Below are positions 53,937 through 64,000 of a stretch of DNA of 64,000 bases, piece after piece. A program made the position numbers and the translations under genes. Each line of letters opens with the position of its first letter. Position 1 is the first letter of the stretch. The stretch comes from Anaerolineaceae bacterium (GTDB lineage: Bacteria; Chloroflexota; Anaerolineae; Anaerolineales; Anaerolineaceae): assembly GCA_050946715.1 (NCBI GenBank), contig JBMNVH010000003.1, forward strand, positions 53,924 through 117,923, given 5' to 3'. The notes beneath the pieces are model-generated. The model saw only the letters and a list, made by a program, of their open reading frames with translations, did no database searches and had not been told where the DNA came from.

Positions 53937-56900
53937 GTGGAATCGAAAGAAATGAAAGCATTACGCATTAATCTCGCTTCACCCGAAGTGATCCATAGTT
54001 GGTCTTATGGAGAAGTATTAAAACCAGAGACGATCAACTACCGTAGACTGCGTCCCGAAAAAGACGGCTTGTTTTGTGAAGCCATCTTCGGTCCGACCCG
54101 TGATTGGCAGTGCTATTGCGGCAAATACAAGAATCCACGCTATAAAGGCATCGTTTGCGATAAGTGTGGCGTTGAAGTTACCAAGTCTTCCGTCCGCCGT
54201 GAGAGAATGGGACATATCGATCTGGCCGCGCCTGTGGCGCATATCTGGTATACCCGTCGTATCCCTTCCTATTTAGGTCTCTTGCTGGACATCTCCCGCA
54301 AAAACCTGGATCGCGTACTCTATTTTGCGCAATATATAGTTACTTATGTCGATGAAGATGCGCGTCAAAAAGCACTGAAACGGCTTGAAGATGAGATCAG
54401 TGTCTCTGAACGCGAGCTTAGCGAACAGTTGAACCAAAAGATCGCTGAAACCAAGAAAAAACGTGACGCTCGTCTAAAAGAGATCGACTCACAAAAGGCA
54501 TCGATCGAAAATGAATATGATGAGAAGGTCGCGAGCCTTTTTGAACCTGTCATCTCTGCAGGTCAGGATCTGGAACGCGAAATCGAACAAAAGTCCGGCA
54601 AAACAATCCGCAAGCCGATCGTTTTTTCGATCAATGGGAAAGAGCAGACGATTGTCGCCGCAGGTGAAGAAGTAAGCGCGAAGCACATCTCCGAGGTACA
54701 GAAACTGGTCCGTGAGCACATGGACGAGCTTGAGGCTGGTCTGAAAGCTGATAAGAGCGTTCGCCTTGAACATCTGGGCATCGAACGTGACAGGATCAAG
54801 GCTGAAGCAGACCTGGCAATGGAAGACCTGCGCAATCAGCTCAATGATGAGGAAGGCGTTACGAAGACCGAGAACGCACGCAAGCGCGACGAACTTTTGG
54901 AGCTGGAAGCTTTTACCTTCATGAGCGAATCCCGCTATCGTGATCTCAAATCACGCTGGGGAAATGTTTTCAAAGCCGATATGGGCGCAGAAGCATTCTA
55001 TGATATCTTGCAGCGTCTTGATCTTGACGTGCTTTCAGAACAACTATGGCACGAGGCGCGTACAACCAGAAGTAAGCAAAAGCGCAAGAAAGCAACCAGC
55101 CGTCTCAAGGTTGTGGAAGCTTTCCGTCGCTCGACCAATCGTCCTGAATGGATGATCATGACAGTTTTACCGGTCATTCCTCCTGACCTGCGCCCAATGG
55201 TTCAATTGGACGGCGGTCGTTTCGCAACCTCTGACCTGAATGATCTTTATCGCCGTGTGATCAACCGAAACAATCGCCTGAAGAGATTGCTTGAATTAGG
55301 CGCTCCGGACGTGATCGTTCGCAACGAAAAGCGTATGTTGCAGGAAGCAGTTGACAGCCTGATCGATAATTCCCAGAGAGGGCGTATGCTCAGCCGACGC
55401 GGTCGTCGCGAGCTGCGTTCGCTATCCGATATGCTCAAGGGAAAGAAGGGGCGCTTCCGCCGCAACCTGCTTGGAAAGCGTGTTGACTATTCCGGTCGTT
55501 CCGTTATTGTGGTTGGTCCGCACCTTAAGTTGTACCAATGCGGTCTGCCAAAGGCAATGGCGCTTGAACTTTTCAGACCCTTCGTGATTGCTGGTCTGGA
55601 TAAACGCGGTTATACAAACAATATTAAGGGCGCCAAAAAATTTATTGAACGCAACCGACCCGAAGTTTGGGAAGTGCTTGAAGAAGTAATTAAAGAACGC
55701 CCTGTGCTTTTGAACCGCGCGCCAACGCTTCACCGCCTGGGTATTCAGGCTTTCGAGCCGGTCCTGGTGGAGGGTAGCGCAATTCAATTGCACCCGCTGG
55801 TGACAACTGCTTTCAACGCTGACTTTGACGGTGATCAGATGCCTGTTCACGTTCCATTGTCCGACAAGGCAGTTATGGAAGCCCGTGAATTAATGCTTTC
55901 GACCAAAAACATCCTTAAGCCTGCCAGTGGAGAGCCTGTTCTCTCCCCAGGTAAGGATATGGTTTTGGGCGTTTATTATCTCACTGTGGAGCCATCCAAT
56001 GGTAATACAGACAGTATCCGTGTTTTCGGTGATATTGATGAAGTTCTAATGGCTTACCAGTTGAAACAGGTAAAGGTTCACACCCGTATCAAGCTGCGCA
56101 CCACGACCTATTACGATGAAAAACATGATCGACTAGAACATCCTGAAGTTCGCATTCTGGACACTACCGTTGGACGCGCTATTTTTAACGATATTCTGCC
56201 GGAATCGATGCAATTTACCAATCAGGTTTTGGATAAGGGCGGTGTTCGCGATCTGATCAGCGAAATTTATGATATCGAAGGTCTTGATGAGACCACCAAA
56301 ATTGCTGACAGTATTAAAGACATTGGTTTCCGCTACGCGACACAATCCGGTTCCACCTTGTCCATTTCCGATATTACTGTTCCACCGGAAAAGAAGGAAC
56401 TTATTGATGAAGCCTTGATTGAGGTCGAGAAGATCCAAAAAGCGCACAAACGAGGCTTATCTTCTGAAGTTGAACAGAACAATGGCATCATTAAAGTGTG
56501 GCAAGATACAACAAATAAAGTTGGAGCCGCTGTACGAAAACATATGGATCCGGAAGGCAATCTCGCGACCATGGCTCTTTCTGGCGCGACAAAAGGCGGC
56601 TTTAGCCCTATTTCCCAGATGGCTGGTATGCGCGGTCTGATGGCTGACCCTTCTGGTCGTATTATTCCTATGCCGATCCGCTCAAACTTCCGTGAAGGCT
56701 TGTCCGCTTTGGAATACTTCATTTCTACGCATGGTACCCGTAAGGGTCTGGCAGATACCGCGCTTCGTACTGCTGAAGCTGGTTACCTGACCCGCCGTTT
56801 GGTTGACGTCGCCCAGGATGTGATCATCAACAATGAAGATTGTGGCACGGAAAATGGTATCTGGCTGAACGCGGCTGACGACTTTGCCGGACAACCTTTC

Positions 56901-58415
56901 GGTGATCGCCTGCAAGGTCGTTTGTTGGCTGCACGGTTGGTCAACCCCCAAACCGGTGAGATCATCGCTGAACGGAATGACCTGATCAACAACGCATTGG
57001 TCAAGACTATCAATGATCTCGGCATCACTGAGGTCTTTGTGCGATCGCCATTAACCTGTGAACTGGTTCATGGTATTTGTGCCCGGTGTTATGGTACTGA
57101 CCTCGGTCGTGGTGAGATGGTCAAGCTTGGTTCTGCGGTTGGTATCGTTGCCGCTCAGTCGATTGGTGAACCTGGTACCCAGTTGACCTTGCGCACCTTC
57201 CACACCGGTGGTGTTGCCGCTGGAAGTGACATTACTACTGGTCTGCCCAGGGTTGAAGAGCTTTTCGAGGCACGAAAAATGCCCAAAGATGAGGCTGTTA
57301 TTTCTGAAATCGATGGTTACGCGACCATTCTGACGCATGAAAAGAACCCTGATCAGCGTACAGTTCGCGTAGAAAATGTTGTCATGGTTTCAGATAATTA
57401 TGAAATCCCTGAAGACTGGGAGATTCTGGTTCAGGAAGAAGACAAGGTTGATAAGGGCGCGGTTTTGGCTAGCCATGGCGAAACAACCATTAACGCCGCC
57501 AATGCCGGACGCGTGCGCTATGAAGGCAACCAGGTGATTGTTTCTTACGAAGATCAACAGGTCGAGAACTATGAGATCCCTTCAACCTCTCGCCTGAATA
57601 TCAAAGATGGCGACCAGGTTGAGGCAGGTCAGGCATTGACCGAAGGCTCACTGAACCCTCACACGATTCTGCGCATCAATGGACGCGAAGCAACCGAAAT
57701 GTATTTGCTGAAAGAAATTCAGCAGGTTTATCGAACTCAGGGTCAGAATATTAACGACAAACACTTTGAAGTTATCATTCGCAAGATGTTGAGCAAGGTT
57801 TTGATCACCCGACCTGGCGATACCAAGCACTTACCACAGGATTTGGTCGATCGCCTTGAGATTCTGCGTGAGAACGAAGAATTGGTGGCAAAGGGTTTGA
57901 GACCGGCGCGTTTCAGTGAAATATTGCTGGGTGTTTCCAAGGCATCGCTGAGCACCGACTCCTTCCTGTCTGCCAGCTCCTTCCAGCATACGATCAAGGT
58001 TTTGGCTGGAGCAGCGATCGAGTCCAAGGTCGATCCGCTTTACGGTCTCAAGGAAAACGTCATCATCGGTAAACTGATTCCTGCTGGTACTGGCTTTGTT
58101 CCGGGACGCTTTGACGAACAAGGGGATGAAGACATTATCCCTGGTGATGATGAAACCAAGGTCGAACAGTTGGATATCTTCCCAGAAGAAGATGACATCG
58201 AAGACTTTGATGAGGACGAAGACGAACATGCCTTTGACCTTGACAACCTCGATGAGTATGAAGCCTCGTTGGGTGCTGAGGACGAAGAGGATGACTTCGA
58301 CGATGTTGAGGAAGATGATTTCATTGATGATTCGGATGAAGATTTTGAAGATGATGATTTCGAACTTGATCTGGATGATGACGATGACGACCTCTTCGGA
58401 GATGATGACGAATAA
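53937..58415 (+). CDS. rpoC: DNA-directed RNA polymerase subunit beta' (with an N-terminal coiled-coil insertion and a polyacidic C-terminal tail)
   Basis: The 1492-aa ORF has the zinc site CYCGKY...CDKCGVEV, the catalytic motif NADFDGDQM, and bridge-helix and trigger-loop blocks. It uses a GTG start with GGAGG 5-6 nt upstream. Confidence 0.95.
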   Translation: MESKEMKALRINLASPEVIHSWSYGEVLKPETINYRRLRPEKDGLFCEAIFGPTRDWQCYCGKYKNPRYKGIVCDKCGVEVTKSSVRRERMGHIDLAAPVAHIWYTRRIPSYLGLLLDISRKNLDRVLYFAQYIVTYVDEDARQKALKRLEDEISVSERELSEQLNQKIAETKKKRDARLKEIDSQKASIENEYDEKVASLFEPVISAGQDLEREIEQKSGKTIRKPIVFSINGKEQTIVAAGEEVSAKHISEVQKLVREHMDELEAGLKADKSVRLEHLGIERDRIKAEADLAMEDLRNQLNDEEGVTKTENARKRDELLELEAFTFMSESRYRDLKSRWGNVFKADMGAEAFYDILQRLDLDVLSEQLWHEARTTRSKQKRKKATSRLKVVEAFRRSTNRPEWMIMTVLPVIPPDLRPMVQLDGGRFATSDLNDLYRRVINRNNRLKRLLELGAPDVIVRNEKRMLQEAVDSLIDNSQRGRMLSRRGRRELRSLSDMLKGKKGRFRRNLLGKRVDYSGRSVIVVGPHLKLYQCGLPKAMALELFRPFVIAGLDKRGYTNNIKGAKKFIERNRPEVWEVLEEVIKERPVLLNRAPTLHRLGIQAFEPVLVEGSAIQLHPLVTTAFNADFDGDQMPVHVPLSDKAVMEARELMLSTKNILKPASGEPVLSPGKDMVLGVYYLTVEPSNGNTDSIRVFGDIDEVLMAYQLKQVKVHTRIKLRTTTYYDEKHDRLEHPEVRILDTTVGRAIFNDILPESMQFTNQVLDKGGVRDLISEIYDIEGLDETTKIADSIKDIGFRYATQSGSTLSISDITVPPEKKELIDEALIEVEKIQKAHKRGLSSEVEQNNGIIKVWQDTTNKVGAAVRKHMDPEGNLATMALSGATKGGFSPISQMAGMRGLMADPSGRIIPMPIRSNFREGLSALEYFISTHGTRKGLADTALRTAEAGYLTRRLVDVAQDVIINNEDCGTENGIWLNAADDFAGQPFGDRLQGRLLAARLVNPQTGEIIAERNDLINNALVKTINDLGITEVFVRSPLTCELVHGICARCYGTDLGRGEMVKLGSAVGIVAAQSIGEPGTQLTLRTFHTGGVAAGSDITTGLPRVEELFEARKMPKDEAVISEIDGYATILTHEKNPDQRTVRVENVVMVSDNYEIPEDWEILVQEEDKVDKGAVLASHGETTINAANAGRVRYEGNQVIVSYEDQQVENYEIPSTSRLNIKDGDQVEAGQALTEGSLNPHTILRINGREATEMYLLKEIQQVYRTQGQNINDKHFEVIIRKMLSKVLITRPGDTKHLPQDLVDRLEILRENEELVAKGLRPARFSEILLGVSKASLSTDSFLSASSFQHTIKVLAGAAIESKVDPLYGLKENVIIGKLIPAGTGFVPGRFDEQGDEDIIPGDDETKVEQLDIFPEEDDIEDFDEDEDEHAFDLDNLDEYEASLGAEDEEDDFDDVEEDDFIDDSDEDFEDDDFELDLDDDDDDLFGDDDE

Positions 58416-58437
58416 ATTTTAGAAAATTCAAAAAAGA

Positions 58438-58470
58438 ACACCCGGAGAGATCTAACCTCCGGGTGTTTTT
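58438..58470 (+). terminator. Intrinsic terminator after rpoC
   Basis: ACACCCGGAG-agatctaac-CTCCGGGTGT forms a 10-bp stem and is followed by TTTT. Confidence 0.8.
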
Positions 58471-58524
58471 GTGCTATATTATTAATTCGGTAAAATTACA
58501 ATAGAAATTCCTGAAGGATGGGCT

Positions 58525-60978
58525 ATGGTTTCGACCAACATCAACAAGATCAATATCAACGCAGAAATGCAGCAAAGCTATCTCGATTACGCGATGAGTG
58601 TCATCGTTTCGCGTGCTTTGCCTGATGCCCGTGATGGATTAAAGCCTGTCCAAAGACGTATTTTGTATGCCATGTACGACATGGGCATTCGCGAAAACAC
58701 GCCTCACAAGAAATCCGCCAGGATCGTTGGTGAGGTTTTGGGTAAATATCACCCTCATGGTGATTCCGCCGTTTATGACGCCATGGCGAGAATGGCTCAG
58801 GATTTTTCACAACGATATACTTTGGTCGATGGGCAAGGCAACTTTGGCAGCATCGATGGCGATCCGCCTGCTGCTATGCGATATACCGAAGCGCGCTTGT
58901 CGCCAATTTCGATCGAGTTGTTGCGGCAGCTTGATCTGGAGACGGTAGATTTTAACGACAATTTTGATGGGACGCTAAAAGAACCCAGCGTTTTACCCTC
59001 AGCTATCCCCAATATGCTGATAAACGGAGCCTCGGGTATCGCGGTCGGCATGGCAACCAATATCCCACCACATAATCTCGGTGAGACAGTTGACGCGCTA
59101 ACGATGATGCTCGAGAATTGGGAAAAGATCGAAGACATCACTGTCGATGATCTGATGGTCTACATAAAGGGACCTGATTTCCCGACGGGCGCGATGATCC
59201 TGCAGGACGAAAATTCAGACTCTTTGTCCCAGATCTATGGATCAGGGCACGGCACTGTTAAATTGCGGGCGCGAACACGGCTGGAAGAAATGTCGCGCGG
59301 TCGCATGCGCATCATCGTTTCTGAATTGCCATATATGGTCAATAAATCCACTTTGATCGAGCGGATCGCAACCATCGTTCGTGAGGGCGGTCTGGAGGGT
59401 GTTTCTGACCTTCGCGATGAATCCGACCGCCAGGGAATGCGGATCGTGATCGATCTTAACAAGAACGCCGACCCTGATCAGATCCTGACCACGCTTTACA
59501 AACGTACGCAGATGGACAGCACTTTCGGCATCAATATTCTCGCGCTGGTTGATGGCAGCCCTCATAGGCTTTCGTTAAAACAGGCTTTGCGTGTTTTTGC
59601 GGAGCATCGGCTTGAAGTAGTGCGCAGACGCAGCGTTTACCTCTTACGGAAGAACGAAGAACGTTTGCATATCCTCAAGGCTTTACGTATAGCGATAAAA
59701 AACATTGATGAAATTATTCGCATTATCAAAAGGTCACAATCGGTTGATGACGCCAGACAGACCTTGATGGATAAATATAAGCTTGACGAAATTCAGGCGA
59801 ACGCCATCCTTGAGATGCCCTTGCGCAGACTGGCTTCTCTGGAACGACAGAAAATTGAGGATGAATACAAGGAAGTAAGTAAGACCATTGAAGATCTGAA
59901 AGCCTTGCTGGCGTCGCCTAAAAAAATGCGACAGGTCGTTATTGATGAACTCAAGGAAGTAAAGGATAAATACGGCGATTCTCGCCGGACGCAAATAATC
60001 ACTCTCGGCGAGGGAGAAAGGGTCTCTGATTTCCTGACCGCGACCGATGTAATGCCTATGGAGCACTATTGGGTTGAGATCAGCCAGGATGGTCTGCTTT
60101 CCCGCACTGAACAGGACAAGGCAAACCGCTTGGGTGGCGAAAACGCCCCTTGGAGCCTGGTGCGGACAAATTCGCACCAGACCATTTTCCTGGTGACAAC
60201 TGAAGGTCGCTGCGCGGCGATCGCTTCGCTATCCATCCCGGTTCAGAAACCTGATGAATCCGGTCTGGAAGCGCACAAGATAGCTCCTTTGCATCCGAAT
60301 GATATTTTGCAATCCATCTTCACTGTCCCAATTGATGTTGAGGATCTGCCGGAACGTTATGTGATCACAGTCAGTCGTCAGGGAATGATCAAGCGTTCTG
60401 CGGTCAGTGATCTGCCTGGTGTTTCAGCCAGTGATTTTGTGTTGGCAAAGATCAATCCTGATGACGAACTCTTCCAGGTCTTACTATCGGATGGTACTCA
60501 GGATGTGCTTCTGACGACAGCCTCTGGTATGTGCATTCGCTTCAATGAAAACGATGTGCGAGCTATGGGTCTGATCGCTGCAGGCGTGAATGCCATCAAA
60601 CTGAAAGAGGGTGACACGATCGTTGGCGCCTCATTGCTTTCAGATAAGGACGAGGTTGCTTTCTTGACCAGGCTGGGCCTGGCAAAACGTGTCCCTGGCA
60701 ACGATTTCCCTGTTCAGGGTAGATATGGACAGGGTGTAATTGGCTGGAGACTGGATCCGAAGGACCAGGTCGCAGCGGTACTGGTTGGTAAACTGACCGA
60801 TAAGGGCATCAGTCATTTCAGCAAGACCGCCAGTAAGGTGTTCACGATCACCAACGCGATTTCACGAAAACGTGCCAGCAACGGTCAGGCTATGTATACG
60901 CTGAAACCTGGTGATGAGGTGATCGGCTTTACAACAATCACTGATTACAGCAACTATTGGGGAGAAGACAAAGCCTAA
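58525..60978 (+). CDS. gyrA: DNA gyrase subunit A
   Basis: The 817-aa ORF contains [43 protein letters not shown], the active-site AAMRYTE and C-terminal beta-pinwheel repeats. No gyrB is adjacent. Confidence 0.95.
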   Translation: MVSTNINKININAEMQQSYLDYAMSVIVSRALPDARDGLKPVQRRILYAMYDMGIRENTPHKKSARIVGEVLGKYHPHGDSAVYDAMARMAQDFSQRYTLVDGQGNFGSIDGDPPAAMRYTEARLSPISIELLRQLDLETVDFNDNFDGTLKEPSVLPSAIPNMLINGASGIAVGMATNIPPHNLGETVDALTMMLENWEKIEDITVDDLMVYIKGPDFPTGAMILQDENSDSLSQIYGSGHGTVKLRARTRLEEMSRGRMRIIVSELPYMVNKSTLIERIATIVREGGLEGVSDLRDESDRQGMRIVIDLNKNADPDQILTTLYKRTQMDSTFGINILALVDGSPHRLSLKQALRVFAEHRLEVVRRRSVYLLRKNEERLHILKALRIAIKNIDEIIRIIKRSQSVDDARQTLMDKYKLDEIQANAILEMPLRRLASLERQKIEDEYKEVSKTIEDLKALLASPKKMRQVVIDELKEVKDKYGDSRRTQIITLGEGERVSDFLTATDVMPMEHYWVEISQDGLLSRTEQDKANRLGGENAPWSLVRTNSHQTIFLVTTEGRCAAIASLSIPVQKPDESGLEAHKIAPLHPNDILQSIFTVPIDVEDLPERYVITVSRQGMIKRSAVSDLPGVSASDFVLAKINPDDELFQVLLSDGTQDVLLTTASGMCIRFNENDVRAMGLIAAGVNAIKLKEGDTIVGASLLSDKDEVAFLTRLGLAKRVPGNDFPVQGRYGQGVIGWRLDPKDQVAAVLVGKLTDKGISHFSKTASKVFTITNAISRKRASNGQAMYTLKPGDEVIGFTTITDYSNYWGEDKA

Positions 60979-61610
60979 GGGAAGATTGGTTCTGGTTCTC
61001 CCAGAATAGGTAGTGGCTTGAAGATCAGGACATCAGCCCAGGCGACAGCCGTCGCGAAAACCTCGCGAATGTTCCAGAATAGATATCTCGCGCGGATGTA
61101 CTGAGATTGCTCCACCGCAACTCCGACCGCGTCCAGATCTGAATGTTGGCAAAGAAATACCGCGCGGGGAAGATGATAAGCCTGGGTGACCACGATGATC
61201 TCGTTCAGGCCAAAGATGTGTTTTGCCCGATAACAGGAATCATAAGTCCTGCGTCCCGCGTAATCGAGGACTATGTCATCTTCTGGAACTCCTTTGCTCA
61301 AGGTATATGCTTGCATTGCGCCGGGTTCGTTGTAATGGACTGTACTGTTATCACCGGTCAGTAAGATCTTTTCGACCTTGCCATCGAAATAAAGCTCGAT
61401 CGCGGCGTCGAGACGGTCCTGCAACGGCAGAGAAGGCCCACCACTGGCATTAAGCCCGGCGCCAGGGACCAATACTATTGGGCGTGAGGGCACAGCATCA
61501 ATATCGTAAATATATTTTTCAGTGCTAAAGATCATCGCCAAACGCAATCCAGCGATCACAAAAAATAAAAGACAAAAGAGAATGATACAAATTCTTAGAA
61601 AAGATTTCAT
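60975..61610 (-). CDS. SanA/YdcF (DUF218) family membrane-anchored protein
   Basis: The 211-aa ORF has an N-terminal TM helix and the blocks [15 protein letters not shown] and AYHLPRAV. Its 3' end overlaps the gyrA stop by 4 nt (convergent). Confidence 0.75.
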   Translation of the reverse strand: MKSFLRICIILFCLLFFVIAGLRLAMIFSTEKYIYDIDAVPSRPIVLVPGAGLNASGGPSLPLQDRLDAAIELYFDGKVEKILLTGDNSTVHYNEPGAMQAYTLSKGVPEDDIVLDYAGRRTYDSCYRAKHIFGLNEIIVVTQAYHLPRAVFLCQHSDLDAVGVAVEQSQYIRARYLFWNIREVFATAVAWADVLIFKPLPILGEPEPIFP

Positions 61611-61613
61611 AAC

Positions 61614-62660
61614 TTAGCGGGCGATTTCAGAAAGGCGGACATCAGTTGTCGAGAGCAAATCGCGCAGGGTTTGATAGCTGCTGTCATGAATTGCTTCCAG
61701 CTGCGCCACCTCATAATTTAACATCTGACTTATCACTGTCCTGCCAATTTCTTCTCTGGAAAAAGTTCTTAAAAACTCGGATATTCTGTTTTGCAGGCTC
61801 AGATCGATCTGATTGGTGACAGATAGGTTCATGTTGGGGATGATGGGCGGCGAGATCCAGAGAACCGGAAGCTTTTCTATCGCGTCCTGAAGGTCGGTAA
61901 TGACTTCGGAGCTGGTGCGTGGATCGGCGGATATCGCGTAGGTGGGCGCGTACGCACAGACTCCTTTTATGTATAGAGCGCGCATGCTGGCGCTGAATGA
62001 AAAGGTCAGCACGGGTCTGGTGAATTCAATCGCGTTTTGCTTTAGATAGCCGATTGGCACCCAGTATCCCGCCAGGGAATCTTCCTGAGTCAGACAGGGT
62101 CTGAGCCCAGCCAGCTGTGATAATGCCTGGCTGGCTGTTGCTTGAGAGGTGTTTGTAGCCGGGTCAAAATAGGATAGCAATCCACTGTCTTTGTGACCTA
62201 GGAATTGAACGCCATAGGCAGTTACGCCCAGATGGTTGGTAACCAAAAGAGCGCTGGCAAGGTTCTTTTGTGAGGCAAGCAGATATTCACTGGGTTGCAG
62301 CCATGCCAGATGAACCTCACCGCGCTGCAAAGCGAGTTCCAGGTCAACGTAAGAAGAAAAAGGCTGGGCGATGACTTCCATTCCCAGTCCTTCATTGAGA
62401 TGCATTATGAAAGCCTGTAAGGCTTCGTTCTGACCGGCAACGTATTCCTTGATGATGATGCCCATGACAAGCGGATTGCCAGCAGACCCGATCGGCGCGA
62501 AGGTTGGTGTGTAGGTTGGCATTGCTGTTGGGGGTTGAGGCTCTGGTGTTTCGGTTTCGGGGTTAAAAGACAGTGTCGGTTCATGATTACCCACACAGGC
62601 GCTCAGCCCAAGGATCAGGATGAGCAAAACCCCCAACAAAACACGATTTGCTTTTTGCAT
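61614..62660 (-). CDS. Lipoprotein, PhnD-like periplasmic substrate-binding protein (phosphonate/phosphate ABC-type SBP fold)
   Basis: The 348-aa ORF has the lipobox LGLSAC, a Pro/Thr-rich linker, then an SBP-like pattern (LVMGII...YVDLELALQRGEVHLAWLQPSEYL). No permease or ATPase is adjacent. Confidence 0.5.
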   Translation of the reverse strand: MQKANRVLLGVLLILILGLSACVGNHEPTLSFNPETETPEPQPPTAMPTYTPTFAPIGSAGNPLVMGIIIKEYVAGQNEALQAFIMHLNEGLGMEVIAQPFSSYVDLELALQRGEVHLAWLQPSEYLLASQKNLASALLVTNHLGVTAYGVQFLGHKDSGLLSYFDPATNTSQATASQALSQLAGLRPCLTQEDSLAGYWVPIGYLKQNAIEFTRPVLTFSFSASMRALYIKGVCAYAPTYAISADPRTSSEVITDLQDAIEKLPVLWISPPIIPNMNLSVTNQIDLSLQNRISEFLRTFSREEIGRTVISQMLNYEVAQLEAIHDSSYQTLRDLLSTTDVRLSEIAR

Positions 62661-62739
62661 GGCTGAATTTTACCTTAATTGCGAAGTCCCTAAAAAAAGT
62701 GTTCACTGTGCTACAATTTCAGAAGATCTGGAGGTAGAT

Positions 62740-63225
62740 ATGAACATTATTCTTGAAAAAGTAAAAAAACCGGAAGATATTAACTTTATTTTCGGACAAT
62801 CACATTTCATCAAGACCGTGGAAGATATCCACGAAATGATGGCAAATTTTGCCCCACAGGCTAAATTTGGTCTGGCATTCAACGAAGCATCAGGTCCAAG
62901 ACTGGTGAGATACACCGGTAATGATGAAGAGATGATCGAGCTTGCGAAAGAGAACGCCTTGCGCGTAGGCGCAGGTCACAGCTTCTTCCTTTTCCTGGCT
63001 GAAGGTTCTTTCCCGATCAATATTTTGACAAATCTGAAGCAACTGCCGGAAATTGTCACCATTTTCTGTGCCACTGCCAACCCTACTGAAGTAGTTTTAT
63101 TGGAAACGGAATTGGGTCGGGGAGTACTAGGCGTGGTTGACGGGCAAACGCCGCTTGGCATCGAAACCGAAGAGGATATTGCCTGGCGCAAGGGATTCCT
63201 GCGAAAGATTGGATATAAGTTCTGA
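62740..63225 (+). CDS. Adenosine-specific-kinase-like protein (archaeal PAE2307-type family)
   Basis: With ATG 62740 (GGAGG 5 nt upstream) the product is 161 aa. It contains GQSHFIKTVEDIHE, FGLAFNEASGPRLVR, GAGHSFFLF, FCATANP and GVVDG. The family was recognised from memory. Confidence 0.6.
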   Translation: MNIILEKVKKPEDINFIFGQSHFIKTVEDIHEMMANFAPQAKFGLAFNEASGPRLVRYTGNDEEMIELAKENALRVGAGHSFFLFLAEGSFPINILTNLKQLPEIVTIFCATANPTEVVLLETELGRGVLGVVDGQTPLGIETEEDIAWRKGFLRKIGYKF

Positions 63226-63232
63226 TTTCGCC

Positions 63233-63856
63233 TTAGGAATTTAACCAATTCATTAAATCCGAAAAATTCCTTATCGCAAGCGCGCGATGGCTGAGCTGGT
63301 TCTTTGTATCAGGATCCAGTTCAGCCATTGTCTTCATTAATTCTGGGATCCAAAAAACAGGATCGTAACCAAAACCATGCTCACCGCGCAAACTTTCAAT
63401 GATCTCACCAAAAATTTGTCCCTGAGAGTAAGTGTAATTTTCTTTAATACTTATCCAGGGAACTCCGGGACCATAAAGGACAGCCACACTGGTGAAATGA
63501 GCCTTCCAGGGTTTTGGCTTTTCTTCCAAAAGAGTTAATAAGTGTAGACAACGTTCATGACTGCCTGCGTTCGGATTTGGCAGGATGCGATGCGAGTGGA
63601 TACCAGGCTGCCCATCCAGCAGATCGACCTCAAGCCCTGAGTCATCCGCCAGAACGGGTAGCCCGCTGGCTTTGGAGAAAGCCCTGGCTTTGATAAGAGC
63701 GTTCTCCAGATAGGAATTTCCACTCTCTTCTATGTCGATATCTATCCCGAGTTCTTTGGGGGACAAGAGTTCAACTTCAAAAGGTCTGTCCTCAAAGATC
63801 GCCTTGATCTCTTCAATTTTGTGATCGTTATTCGTTGCAAGCAGTAGTTGTTTCAT
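63233..63856 (-). CDS. rdgB: Non-canonical purine NTP pyrophosphatase (RdgB/HAM1 family)
   Basis: The 207-aa ORF contains LLATNNDHKIEEI, DDSGLEVD and GFGYDPVF. Confidence 0.88.
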   Translation of the reverse strand: MKQLLLATNNDHKIEEIKAIFEDRPFEVELLSPKELGIDIDIEESGNSYLENALIKARAFSKASGLPVLADDSGLEVDLLDGQPGIHSHRILPNPNAGSHERCLHLLTLLEEKPKPWKAHFTSVAVLYGPGVPWISIKENYTYSQGQIFGEIIESLRGEHGFGYDPVFWIPELMKTMAELDPDTKNQLSHRALAIRNFSDLMNWLNS

Positions 63857-63934
63857 CTGAATTCCAGCTCATAAAATGTTCTATGGTTCACCATGATATA
63901 ATCACAGAAAATACCTTAACAATTGTAGCTTATC

Positions 63935-64000
63935 ATGGAAAAAATACTTCACCCTTTGAGAACAAACGTCGGCTTTATGCTCAACAAACCGATTGGATAT
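63935..64000 (+). CDS. DUF177 (YceD-like) protein, 5' fragment (continues beyond the window)
   Basis: From ATG 63935 the reading MEKILHPLRTNVGFMLNKPIGY is open to the window end. The pattern resembles DUF177 N-termini (xxNVGxLLxxPxG). Confidence 0.35.
   Translation, partial: MEKILHPLRTNVGFMLNKPIGY

Noticed and set aside
58040-58441. 133-aa Ser-rich ORF (minus strand) and the 108-aa ORF 58096..58422 (plus strand, alternative frame)
   Set aside because: These are mirror or alternative-frame artefacts of the GAT/GAA-rich DNA that encodes the acidic beta' tail.

Overview
This 64-kb chromosomal window is densely coding. I found no rRNA, tRNA, CRISPR array, transposase or integrase. The gene content suggests a Chloroflexota (Anaerolineae-like) core-genome region; this is an inference from the mevalonate kinase + isopentenyl-phosphate kinase pair, the DUF2298/'chlor_Arch_YYY' membrane proteins and a beta' subunit with lineage-type insertions.

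Housekeeping genes include rpoN with a PAS/GAF histidine kinase, hflX, rpmF, ahcY, recA, ffh-rpsP-KH-rimM-dprA, topA, greA, lepA, cmk, rpoC (with no rpoB upstream) and gyrA. There is also a GntR-controlled aldolase/HAD/dhaL/dhaK sugar operon, and an operon of a DPPRS-like UbiA prenyltransferase, mevalonate kinase, isopentenyl-phosphate kinase, a dGTPase-like protein and greA.

The most interesting feature is a translationally coupled array of about 18 kb running from lepA to cmk (33046..51051). It encodes a flippase-like protein, a GT4 glycosyltransferase, two methyltransferases and four very large polytopic membrane proteins (697, 1759, 877 and 569 aa). These belong to the function-unknown GT-C-like and DUF2298 families, and one is a fusion of both modules. 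I read this as a candidate undescribed envelope-glycan assembly machine.

Secondary observations:
- three AT-rich orphan-gene islets (6.4-7.3 kb, 14.1-15.5 kb, 31.4-32.8 kb)
- a MITE-like insert between dprA and topA
- a TopA with an N-terminal zinc ribbon plus a Lys-rich linker
- a beta' subunit with a 103-residue polyacidic tail
- a consensus promoter followed by a terminator-like hairpin in the rpoC leader
- a sigma-54 with a CxxC-N9-CxxC insertion

All functional calls come from motif recognition by eye. No database search was run.
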